Shown here: piece by piece, positions 1 to 11,400 of the stretch
Position numbering within the stretch: the stretch's first letter is position 1
How the letters are laid out: each line of letters begins with the position of its first letter
NCBI GenBank assembly: GCA_000708835.1
Contig: DF237482.1
Location: 1 to 62,046 of the forward strand
Source: Klebsormidium nitens
Taxonomy: Eukaryota; Plantae; Klebsormidiophyceae
Direction of reading: 5' to 3'
DNA length: 62,046 nucleotides
The notes under the pieces: generated by a model
Database searches by the model: none
Seen by the model: only the letters and a program-made list of their open reading frames with translations
Told to the model about the DNA's origin: nothing
Made by a program: the position numbers and the translations under genes

Positions 1-933
1 TGGTTTTTTCCGTGAGACGGGTCGGATTGTTAACCCCCTCGACCGCCCCGGGGCCCTAAATCGACACTCTCGGCACCCGGACCGATTCACTTCCGCGCTC
101 GACATCCAGCAGGGGGTCTCGGCCCAGAATTCCTCTGCGGTACATGGTCCAACTTACCGGCACATTGACGGTTCTTGCCTCCGGAGAGACGTGCCGGTTG
201 CTATTGACGCCCTTGATATGCCGTTCGGCACGCGCGCGCAATCTGGGCCGTCAAAATAATGCCATTCATCAGATGGTGAACCCGGCTGTGCTGATCCGAA
301 TCGTGAGCAATTCTTGATGGAAAGCTTCAGATTCACTGGTCCAAGAGCTGGCAGCGAGAAGTGCAAGCCCCTTTCTATGCTTTGAACAGCATGTTGTGGA
401 GCTCTTTCGATGCTACGGAGGAAGCCCGATCAGCGCTTCGCCTTGCACAATGGATCTGTGGCTTTGGAGCTGCTTGTTTCAACGTCTGAAGCTGATCAAC
501 AGACCCATCAGCGAATGTTTTTCGGACAAGTAGCTCTATGTTCTCTAGGATTGCAGCAGATCACTTTTTGTTGTCACTATGCCATCCCTTGCAAGTGGCA
601 CACCGCCAAAGGTAAGGGTACTGCCCTCATTTCCCTGCAAAGCACGATAATCTTACCTTCTTAAGACGACCTGCTCCTCAAGACGTTCTGTACTCTTGCT
701 GTTTTTGACCTAGAAGGGGCTTGCAAGCAGACACTTGGAGAGAGCTGAACAACAGGTGTGTAGGTAGCTCTAAGACCGCATCAATGCAGTCTTTGCCACC
801 TTCCTAATAAAAGCACCGTGTCTCCTCCCTGTAAATCGAGCTTCTGAATTGACTCCAGCTTTTCAAAAAGTGGGGCTTGCTTGTCTCTTGGTGACACTGC
901 TTCACCCTTGAATCATCATCTGAAAGGAAAGTC

Positions 934-3900
934 TTGTTCAGACGCTCTCAAAAGTCAGGTTTCTCATTGCAGGGCCGGGCTCGGGAGATCCTGGACGAAC
1001 TCTCAGCATTAGAGGGGCACAAGCATAGAAGCCCTAGTGGCCTGCTCAAGCGGCGCTCATCTCGCTCACCGCAATTTGGATTGCCTGTCTCAGTGGTCAA
1101 GCATGCTGCAGAGAGGAAAGTCACAGGCGGTGCCACCAGCCCCCTGTCAATGCATTCAATCAGCGCAAAGCCATCTTTCTTTGACGGTCTGTCTGCTGTC
1201 AACGTACATAAGATAGCCGTTTCATTGGACACTGAGAGAGACGAAGGAGAAGAGAATGGCTCTGCCACTGGTGGTGCACAGCTTGTGAGAGTAATGCCAG
1301 CAGAGAGAGATACAGAACGGAGCGTTCCAGTTAAGTCCACCTCAAGGGACAACACGAAGCTTCATACTGGAGAAAGAACTGATACCTTTTCTGACTCTCA
1401 GAGAGCTGGCAGTGTTGAAGGCCACAGCGTAGATCCATCTTTTGTGGGTGAGGAGCAACGGGCAAAAGCAACTGCCTCGCTTCTTAGAAGAGGCACCATC
1501 AGTCAAACAACCGAAGTAGGGCGCACTGATCTTGCAAGCGAAGTGATCAGGCTTCAAGATGAGTCAGCTGCGGCTCACAGATCCTCCGAAGCTGCCCACC
1601 AAGCAGCGGCGGCTCTGCAGAAAGCTGTAGACGAAAGCAGAAGCCAGGCCTGTTTGCTTAAAAAAGAAGCTGAGCTTGCAAATCAGGCAGCTGATGTGTC
1701 GAGGCAAGAGGCCGATGAGGCCAAAGCAGAGGTGGAGGAGCTTAGGGGTTCACTTGAGGAGATGCAAATGGTTGTCCAAATGATGAAGGACGCAAGCAAG
1801 AGTCAGGAAGAAGGGATCAGCCAGGAAGTGGTGAGGTTGAATACTGAGGTGCGAGATGAAAGGAAGAAACGAAAAGCCGCAGAGGGCACATGTATCGAGT
1901 TGCAAAAGGTGAGAAAATGAGCTTAGCCGTTTTTCGGGAGCAGCATAAAAATCGGACACGGCCCCAGAATCTGCCTGCTGGATGCTCGAACTCCTCAAGG
2001 CTCTGCTGACTTTCCTTTGCAACACACACTTTCTGATCAGTCGAGGTAATCCTGGGGTCGCTACGTAACTGCTGCTGCATGTTCAATCAACTTCCATTGA
2101 GTTTCAAGTAGTGCCGTTTCTACATCATACTTTACTGCCATGCCAAGGACTTCCTCAAAATAAGCTAGTTGCTACTTTCCATCCTCTGAAGAAACTCCAT
2201 CTTCTTGGCCTCTGAAATTCCATCTTTTTGGCCTCTGAAGATGCCACCTTTCCTTCCTCTGTACATTTTCAACAAAGACGGGTCCAGCAGATATTAAGGG
2301 CACACCGGAAAGTTGCTACTTGTACTTAAAAATCTAGAGCCTGCGATGAAAGCTGAAGTTGATTACAGCTTCCGCACCCAAGTTAGCAGACCTAGGTCAT
2401 CGTCAGAAAGACAGCTTTTTCGAAGTTACCTTTTTCGTACCACTGCAGGAAGTGGATCGCCTTCATCAAGAAAACGAAGATGCGCGACTACGACTAGAAA
2501 GCCTGCAGGAATCTGAGGATGCTCGAGCATCAGCTTCTGATCAGCTTACTGCCGCGCAAGCAGCAAACGATGCTCTGGAACAGGAGCTCAAAAGATGCCA
2601 GAAGAAACTGTCCGAATTGTCAAGACAAGACAAAGACTCAGAGTTGCGGCTCAGAAACATTGAGGAAGAGAATGAAGGGCTGAGCGCAGCAAACGCAAAG
2701 CTGCTGAAGAAAGTGAAAAGCTTGGGGCTGAAAGTGGACGCGCTGAGGGCCGGGGTTGGGCCTGACTTGCAAGAGGTGAGCATAGACTTCAGACGGCTTC
2801 TTTCATCATTCGACAGAGGTGGTAGAGAGGACGAAGTCAGAGACGGGCCGACGGTTAGTTATGTGTGAAAACCACAAGGAAACCGCTTCGTTTTCCAACA
2901 GCTCTTCGGGCCGTTTACTTTCTCTGAAACGTGGCAAGAGCCGCAATTTTGTGAACGCGCTCGTCAGCTCTCGTACGCGCCTAGATTTTTGCCGTTGGCT
3001 ACCTTGACCCGGTTCCCGTGTCCAGATATTCAGAGTTTGCGCTCGAACCGCCCGACAGGGTCGCTAGACGGGTCTATTCTTAGAACAGGTGCTTCAAACT
3101 TTCTGACGCCGCCGCCTGGCCTAGGCTATACAGCTCCGTTGTGGTACTCTGAGGTATTACTGCGAGCTGTACAACCGGTTCCTGCGCCTCGAACCCTTTT
3201 AAGCCTCAGCCTTTTCTTTCTCTTTCCCCCAGAACGCGGATCACGAGGCGAAGATTTCAGAGCTCCAGACGGTTTCTGCATTCTAAACCCTCAAATCCTC
3301 AAACCTTCGAATCCTCAATTCTTATCTTCCATAATTTTAGCAGGACGCGGATCACGAGGCGAGGATAACAAAGCTCCAAGTTCGCAAGCAGGCGCTGAAG
3401 GCTCGGGTCAGAGAGCTCGAATCGCAGCTCTTGGAGGCAGATGACGAGTGCAGAGAAGCGAGAACCAAGTACATATCTCTGGGAATCAAGGTAATGCCCG
3501 CGTTGCATATTGGCTGTCGTCCATACTTCGTAGTCCTGCCGTGTGAGAAGGACAATTTGAGGAAATCTGGTTAAAAAGTTGCACATCGTGACTCCTGCAC
3601 CAGGCGCAGTCGTTAGCACTTCTCACATGAAGACATTAAGCTGAAACTACATTGACATCGTGATGTCGCGTACTCCAATAAGAGTTCTCTGACTGGTCAA
3701 GAAGCCTTCACAGACGGTGCTTTACGTGATTGGAATACTTGAGGATCCGAGATACAGACCACACGTTTCCCTAAAACATCCACCGGTTGCTGACGCATGG
3801 CGACGTCATTCCTTCCGGTGTTTCCCCTAGAAAGAGAGCCGCCCGAGAGAGGCCGCTGACGCAGGAGCTGGTCCGGAAGGGAACAGGCGAAGCAATGCAG

Positions 3901-6209
3901 CTTGTTACTGACGTCTCTTTTCTGGATGCCGACGTCGCCGTTCTTCGTCCTCTTAAGAGAGGAGGTGCTCCAGGAAGAAGAGGAGGAGGCGCTAATAGAG
4001 TTCCTTTTAGATTTTGAACGCCTTGCTGGCATCAAGGCTGAATGCTGACGTCGTCGATTCTGTTTCTTCAGCTAGGGGAGCTGCTCCATAAGGAAGCGCT
4101 GACAGAGGAGCTGGCCTGGAAGACTGAGGCCAAGCAGTTGAACCTGTTGCTGACGTCATTTTCGTAATGCTGACGTCATTCTTTAAATGCTGACGTCACT
4201 TTATGCGCCCTTGCAGGTGGAGGAGCTGCTCCAGGAGGAGGCGCTGACGCAGGAGCTGGTGATGCAGGAGAAGGACCGGGGCAGGATCTCCTTGGAAGAG
4301 CAGCTGGAGCAAGCTCGCGCCGTGGTGCAGGCGTTGAAGGTGAGGGCTTTGAACCACACAATCGCCAAAAAAGGCGGTGCAAGCACGAGGTAAGTCAAGC
4401 GGCGATCGAAGTGCGTTCTAAGCCTGCAGTCGTTGTGTAGATTCTGCTGATGCATTTTCCGGAAGGACTGCGAATCGGGTTGCCGGCAGATTCCGCCGTT
4501 TCTTGGATGCATCTACATTTGCACACTAGACGGTCACTGGTTCTAGCTTGGATTCAGCATTATTGATGTCGGAGCCTTGCTTTACCCCGCCGGGTAAGTG
4601 TGTGGTTAAGGGGACTCCCCAACCCGACCTCGCAAGTCTCTGAGGTGCTTGCAAGATGCTTAAAGAGTGTGTGACTTCAAAGATCTCCACTTAATACGGG
4701 AGTTCTGGTGCCCAGAGAAGCGTAGCCGGGGGATTGATCTGAGACAGATGTGCCACTGATCAGATACCCGGTCTGCGCACGGACGGAGCTGACAAGGGGA
4801 CCGGGCAAGCCGTTTGTTCCCCGAGTCCATCTTTTTACTACGCCGGTCCTTTGTCGCGGGGATGAGCGCCAAGCGATTCAGTCGACGAGCTGAGACTCGT
4901 TCCGTCGTGTGGTTTTCCGGTCTAGGAGCGGAACGTCGTCTTAAACCAAAAGCCTCGCCGCCTCCGAAGAAGGAATATGACTTTGAGTAAACTGATATTC
5001 ATTCCAATGTGTACTTCCGGTGCAGGAGCGGAACGCCGTCTTGGAAAGGGGCCTCGCGGCGTCTGAGGAGGAACTCGTCCGGCAGTCCCGGTGGGCCAAT
5101 CACACGGCGTCGCAGCTGCAGCAGAGCCTGGTGAAACTCACCCACCTCGAGCGGATTGACGGCGGAACGGTCCGCATGAATGGAATGGAGCTCGAGAGCT
5201 ATGCCGAGATGATCGAACTGCAGGTATGCTTAAGCAATAGTCGAAGCTAGGCGCCGTGCCCTTTCCAGTTGACGGGTCTCGTACGGACGTTACTGCTTTT
5301 GACACCCTTCTGCCACGACACCTGCACGTGCGCATATGCCACGTGTTTAGAGGCTCACACGCCCCGACAGATCGCCTTTCGCATTTCGATGCAGAAAATC
5401 GAGGCACGCAATCTGTCAGAAAGTGCGCTTCGTCCATCAGGAGGCCGTTGTGCACGAAGACGGATTCAGCCGGAAAGCAGGAAACAAGAAAGCTTGAACT
5501 TAATTTGACGCTTTTACCGTATCCGCGCAGGCAAACGAGGTGAGGAGAGCCGCTGAAGAGTGCGCTTCCGCTCAGCACAAGGCTTCCGTTCTGGAGAGTG
5601 GGTTCCTCCAGCTGCGCGCCCTCTGCGACGAACTGCAGTGCGAGCTGGTACGTTCCGCTCGGGAGGCGGAGTTCTGGCGGAACGCTGCAGAGGAGGCAGA
5701 ACGGGGGCGGAAAGATGCGAGGGAGGAAGCGGCTCAGGCTATCGAGAAGGTGAGAGAGATTCTGAACCCCTCCGCTTGCAGGATTGCAAATCCTTTGGCT
5801 TCTAGCGCTTTTGCGTTTCAGAATGTAATGGTTGTGAACTCTTATTATCTAAATAGGAACGTTACGGCCGAACGGAAAGGGAGAAGCGGAAAGGGAGCCA
5901 GAAAGGGAGCGGATTAGGATGTACAGGAAATCACTTGCGCGACTGGATGGCGGCAGTGTGAAGAAGTCCTTCTCCTGTCGCTCGCCTCAGCCCCTCTCCT
6001 CCTCTCAGTATTTGACCCCTTCCTTCCTTTTCATTCTTGTGTTCTTATTCCAACTGCTGCTGTTTCATACTGTGCAGAGCATACGGCTGGAGCGGCTCTT
6101 AGAGGAGCGGCAGCTCGAGATCTGTTTGTTGCAGTCGAAGTTTACGGTTCTTAGCACGGCAGCCCCTGGTCAAGCCGGAGCAAGGAATGCATCTGGGGGA
6201 ACTGCGTAA
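934..6209 (+). CDS. Long coiled-coil protein with Ser-rich N-terminal region; 5' end unresolved
   Basis: Phase-compatible GT-AG exons: ~934-1908, 2449-2775, (3233-3271), 3344-3490, 4217-4339, 5026-5223, 5531-5749, 6078-6209 (TAA). Spliced product is continuous E/K/Q/L/A heptad sequence (e.g. [53 protein letters not shown]). No family recognised. Candidate upstream exons at ~560-760 could not be phased. Confidence 0.8.
2179..2262. repeat. Degenerate ~24-bp tandem repeat (ccatct-Tn-ggcctctgaa), 3-4 copies, intronic
   Basis: ccatcttcttggcctctgaaat / ccatctttttggcctctgaagat, with partial flanking copies. Confidence 0.7.
4149..4200 (+). repeat. Triple 20-bp tandem repeat containing gctgacgtca (branch-point-like CTGAC and TGACGTCA palindrome)
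   Basis: gctgacgtcattttcgtaat gctgacgtcattctttaaat gctgacgtcact, lying immediately before the acceptor at 4215-4216. Confidence 0.9.
5872..5910. repeat. Short intronic tandem repeat (cggaaagggag x3)
   Basis: cggaaagggagaagcggaaagggagccagaaagggag. Confidence 0.7.
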
Positions 6210-8480
6210 ATCAGCGCTCACTCCAGGAGGCTGGCAAGGTACGTTAGCCGCATCAGAGGTGGCTCGTTTTGGTGCACGCGTGCTTCTCTTAGCATACAGC
6301 GCGTCTCCATCCTTTTTGTCGCATTGAGCATACGGGCAGGCTTGTCACGAATCGCTTGAAGTGCTTCTCTCAGAAACTGAAAGCATTTGCAGAACGCCCG
6401 TCGTACTACTATAGGACGACCCTTACTCCATGCAATGAAAAGGGCATCAAAGCCAGGACTTCGGGACTGTTGGGAGATTCGTCATCTATGCACACAGTGG
6501 AGAGAGAAAAAAGCGATTCTTAATAAATGTTTTGAAGGTCTGTTCACATCGCACCTGCTTAGACCGCTGATGAGCTGGCTTCGCTTGGCCCTTTGCAGGC
6601 TATTGCTCTGTAGGCGCATCTCGACCGGAAAAGGCGCAACCTACGGTCTGCATCCTATCATCGCCCAAGGTAAATTCCGGCACTACTTGGAGTTGGCTTG
6701 CCGGCCAATCCGGGTTTTGGCTTGATCGATACTCTGCTGAGAAGATGCGACATCTTTCATGTAGTATTTCAGTTGGAAACGCTATGAAGAATATGAGCTG
6801 GCTTTTGCGGAGCCCTTGGTTGCAGGATGGTCTGGCAATCCAGGCGATCGGTTGAACAAGCGTGTAAACCTGCTTGCAGGTACGGGCACATTTGCGCTAC
6901 CGGCAGAGACGAAGTCGGCGCTCTCGGACGATCACGATGATTCTCTTTGACCAAAAAATGTCGTCGAGCGACCCATTGCGTCTGAGTTGTGTGTCAGTAC
7001 AAGCTGGCCAATTGCCGCTGCGGAATTTGTCGACTCAGGTTGGTCTAAGAACGCACAAACTATAGGTTGTTTGGTGCCGACTGGAGTTCTCTTGAACGGA
7101 GACCGGCTAAGTAGCCTGACGGTCAAGCGATTTGCAGCTCACTCGGTGACGATAGTTCAGCCTTCCTTGTTTTTGAGAGAGAAACAATCCAGAACCACCA
7201 GTTTGTTTTGTGCCAGGTTGGACTAAACGCACCCTCTGCAATACAAAGATGCTTTCTCACTTGTAATGGTCCGCCTTCTGCGCTCAGAGGGCGGAGTGGA
7301 ACATTGTACTTTGTTTTCGAAGCCAGAGTGGAAGACAGATTCATAATTAGACTGACGCCGACATTTATAGACTCCTGGAGCGCCCGATTGGCGCCCGGCA
7401 CACCCGTTTTTGACGTCTGGCATACAAGCTTATACGCGCTTTGCTTTTCCTGGTCAAGCCGGGTCATCATGTACGGCAGAAATCATCAAGCTACATGCAG
7501 ATAGGCAATCGTGATTGCGGGTGGTCTCGCTAGCTGCGCGCGCGCTTTGATGGCAAGTCATTTTGGGTAGCCAAGCTCGTGACTAATAAATTTTCCATAA
7601 TGATTATACTCATTCAATTTGCGCCGCCCTCGTTAAGCCCAAAAGCTGACGGTCGGCAGCCTGCAGCAGCAAGCCTGCTCGGGGAAGGGTTATGGGCGGC
7701 ATCTTACCGAGAGACGAGTCATATGTTTCCATCGTGAACCCTTGTGTGCACATTGGTGCAAACGTTCGAGCCAAGCACTGATGTTCGACACAGCTTATGC
7801 CGGTCTTTTAAATCTAATACAACCTTGGAATCAGGTCCTGGCGGTCCATGTTCATACTGAACTACGGAAGCAGTGCTTGAACATAGCAGAGAAGCTTTGA
7901 TGGCAATGATAAGATGAGTCACGTACAGATTCGCATCGAAAGCTGAGAGGATCGGAGGAAAGCAGCCCCTTGAAATACCCTTGGAAGCTCGTCGAACAAG
8001 ATTGAACTGCACCCTAGATCAATGGTCTCCGATCCCATGCACACTCTTGAGTGTCCACCACAATGCTCATAAATCCAGACACACTCTAGCAAGCCTCCGC
8101 TCACAACGAGTGAAAGAGCCGTCATCCGGCTGCCTGCTCTAAGTTGTTTGGTCGCACTTTGTGCGAAGCCCGGGAATGACTAGCGGAACACGGGCCTCTT
8201 TCTAAATGCAACGTACAGCCCTCGCGCAGAAACAAGCTTACTCTGCTAATCACCCGTCCTTAAAGTGATTTTGCATCGTACGTAACAGATCAACCTTATG
8301 TTGTGAAGAAGGTCCATCGAGACTCAGACTTCAAGACGCACGAGACAAAAGCACCCTGCCGTGCCTGATTGCGGCACCTCTGACAGTGAGCGCGCTGCTC
8401 TTTCATGTCTTCGACAGGGCCACCTTTTCTAGCGTCCCCTGATCAGCACCTTTGTCGCCTTCAAAAGCTCCTTTTCTGCC

Positions 8481-11400
8481 ATGGCGTCCTTTCGACTTAA
8501 GCAGTTCAGTATGTTGCAAAGGCCTTCCGTTCCTGCTCTTATCCTGACGGTCGGGATGCTTTTTATCTGCACCACTCGAGCGCGCATGCCGTGTCAGACT
8601 GATACCTTGGGGCACTATTCGCAAGACACGTTAGCGGGCTCTTCGGGAAACGAATATTCAGGGGTGGAGGCCCCGGTCTCGGGCAAAGGTGGGGCGAAGG
8701 CGCATAGTAGGCACGTCAGTAAGGTGAGCACTAGCCGCGGCTAAGAAAGGTCCTTTTCTGCCACCTCGTATGCCTCTCATCAATGCTATCGAAAGTTGAG
8801 AAAGGGAGAAAATAGAGAAGCAATCTGGCTATTTTGGCGTGTGGGGATGCCAATAAAGAGCTGTTCTCGAAGGCTTATGGCCATCTCTTTTGCCCACCAG
8901 TAAGCTTTATGCCTCTCACTCAGCTGGGTTCGTGATTTAATCCGCGAAGTGTAGGACGCTTTCGCTTTTTCGTTCTGCAAGCAGGACAATCCTGCTTTGG
9001 AACCAGACTCTCATCTCATCTCGCCAATTTTATTTGTGATTGGTTGCTTCTCGTTCCGCAAATTTGTAGGCAGCTTCTAGATCCGGGGAAACTCTTCCCA
9101 CGAAGCAGGCGTTTGAGATCACTACGCCGCTTATCCGGGTCGGCCCCGAGCCCACGTGCCACGTCACCCTTATGCCGCCCACCAGATTCCCCTCACAGCC
9201 CAATCGTAAGATGACACATCAGCTTCAGTCACTGCATCGATAGTTTCGGACGTGAAACCAAGGCTCCTGCGCACGGGGGGTGGAAAGCCGATTGCAGATA
9301 AATCGAATCCAACAATGATTCTGAGAGTTAGGATTGGGTCTCCCTTCAAATAGAATGCCTGCTGATGCTTAGAAGCATTTTCCCCTCACTCTGGCAATAC
9401 AGAAGTTCAAATGAGTGATGCTGAAGTTCTATAGTTGACAGAATGAGGGGGAGAATGAGATACACCCGTAAGAAGATATTGAGCTGCTGTGCCTTGTTTT
9501 GGGCAAGTACACTTGAGCTTCTGCAAAGACGGCCCAAGCCATATGACGGCCTCATAAGAAGGTGTAGTCAGAACCCGTCAAGACTTGTGTGCATCTTCTA
9601 CTTTACAGAGTACTACAACACATTCAATGGAACGTACACTCCGTCCCCCAAGTGCGACCCCCGAGGGAGGGGCGACTGGGCGCAGATCGTGCTGACGTGG
9701 ACCGCCCAAGTGGCCGGGAGACAGTTCGACCGGCTGGCGGGAGTGTGGGTTGGTGGCGTGGAGGTAGGAATAGGAAACACCAATATTGAGTGCCTTAATC
9801 AAAGAGGTTGTTGCTGTGCTTTGAGAATCCAATCGACAGCCCAAAATAATGTGGTCCCTTGTTCCGAAGCCTCCCAGGCGAAGCTGCGCTTATGCAGAGG
9901 ATGTGTGATCTCGCCCGAGATAAATCCATGATTCTCCAAATGTCAAGAGAAATGAGCCTTCCTGCGAACGTCAGGGGTGAAAAGTCTAAGCACAAGTTCT
10001 GTTGTTGCAGGAGACCCAGCCTTGCAAATCCGGGCTGAGATTTTCAGACAGATCTCGTTCACGACCCCGAACCCCTCTTGAATACCTGAAAACAATGTGG
10101 GCGTTCCTTCTTCTTGCCAAGAATCTGAGCGTATCGACTTCGGTGCCGAATCTGACAACTCATTTCTTCTTGGCGCCAAGCTAGCGAAGCTAGCCTTGCA
10201 AAAACATCTGATTTTTCCAGATTCTGCGGACTTCGACCGCGGAGCCGCGCCGCGGCTGCGTGCGCTGGACGATCGACAAGGACGTCATCCAGTATGCCGC
10301 CCTCTTTCGAACCGCGCAGCCAATCAACGTGCAACTGGTGCGCTGAAGCTGTTGCAAACGTTTCCCAAGCCCACTGCTAGAGCACTTGATTATTAGAAAA
10401 CGACAAATTTCAATTATGAGAGGTGTGAGCTTCGTTTGCTAACCCCTTCTGCACCATCTCCTGACTGCTCAAAGCCACTGTTTGTTTGTTGGGCTGCCAT
10501 GATGAAATGCCGGATCTAACTGCATCTAACCGCTTTCCCCCCAGTCCGTTCCGTTACTTGCAACTATTCATCCATTTCTTCATAAGAGCTGTGGGGCCTT
10601 ACCTGATCCGTTTCCTTATGTTGGCAGTGTCTCTTTAATGTGAGGCTTCTGATTCTTGGGACCCGCGTCGCATTCAGAGCGTTTCTGTACTTCAAGATAG
10701 TTTCCAGTCGATTATCGAAAAGAGCTCACAAACATCCTCGGTCGCTAATGACCTTATTGTACTCGTCAAAGCGCAATCAACTAACGGGAGCCGTTTCTTT
10801 CCCAGAGTAACCTCGTGAGAGGCAACCTCACCGGGGTGTACACCGTACAAATCACGCTCGCATTTTACGCGTCTGGCCCTATCAACGGGCCCAGCGCGGT
10901 GGTACCTGACGTCATCCTTCCGCTCCGCAACGGTTACGAAAACGGTAAGCCGTGCCTCTCCTGCTTTTGGTTCTCCAGCCGGTGAGACCTGATTCGCTTA
11001 CGCACCCCCATATTTGCTTCCGAAAGTTTAATGGCTTTCTGCCAACTGATTTACCAATGATCACCGGTTGACTTACCCTCTTTGCTCTCAAACAAGGCTT
11101 GATGAATCGACTCTCCACGTGCCTTCCAGGTTATTGGGTCTCCATCCAGCCAGAAGGGCCCCTCAAGTGAGTCTCGTTTCCTTCAAGCCTCAGCTTTCAT
11201 GGGCCGTCTCTTAATTTATATCTATCCCTTTCAAAGCATTGAAAAGGGCCCACGTCTCTGCGGTGAAGTTTTACAAACTTCCACTGTCATATCATCTCCG
11301 TCAAAAGTTCTATCTTTTGGTCGTCCATCTGTCGATGACACTCGGCTTGTCTCTCACTCGCATGTCGAAGAAGCTTCACCCAAACCTCCGATGGTTCAAT

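Noticed and set aside
154-366. Minus-strand ORF with EWHYF..PNG..RA..ATG resembling a NAC domain
   Set aside because: Spacing does not fit, the GYWKATG core is absent, and no flanking NAC exons were found; likely chance.
3025-3090. Candidate extra exon (DIQSLRSNRPTG..) in the coiled-coil gene
   Set aside because: Phase-incompatible with the flanking phase-0 exons.
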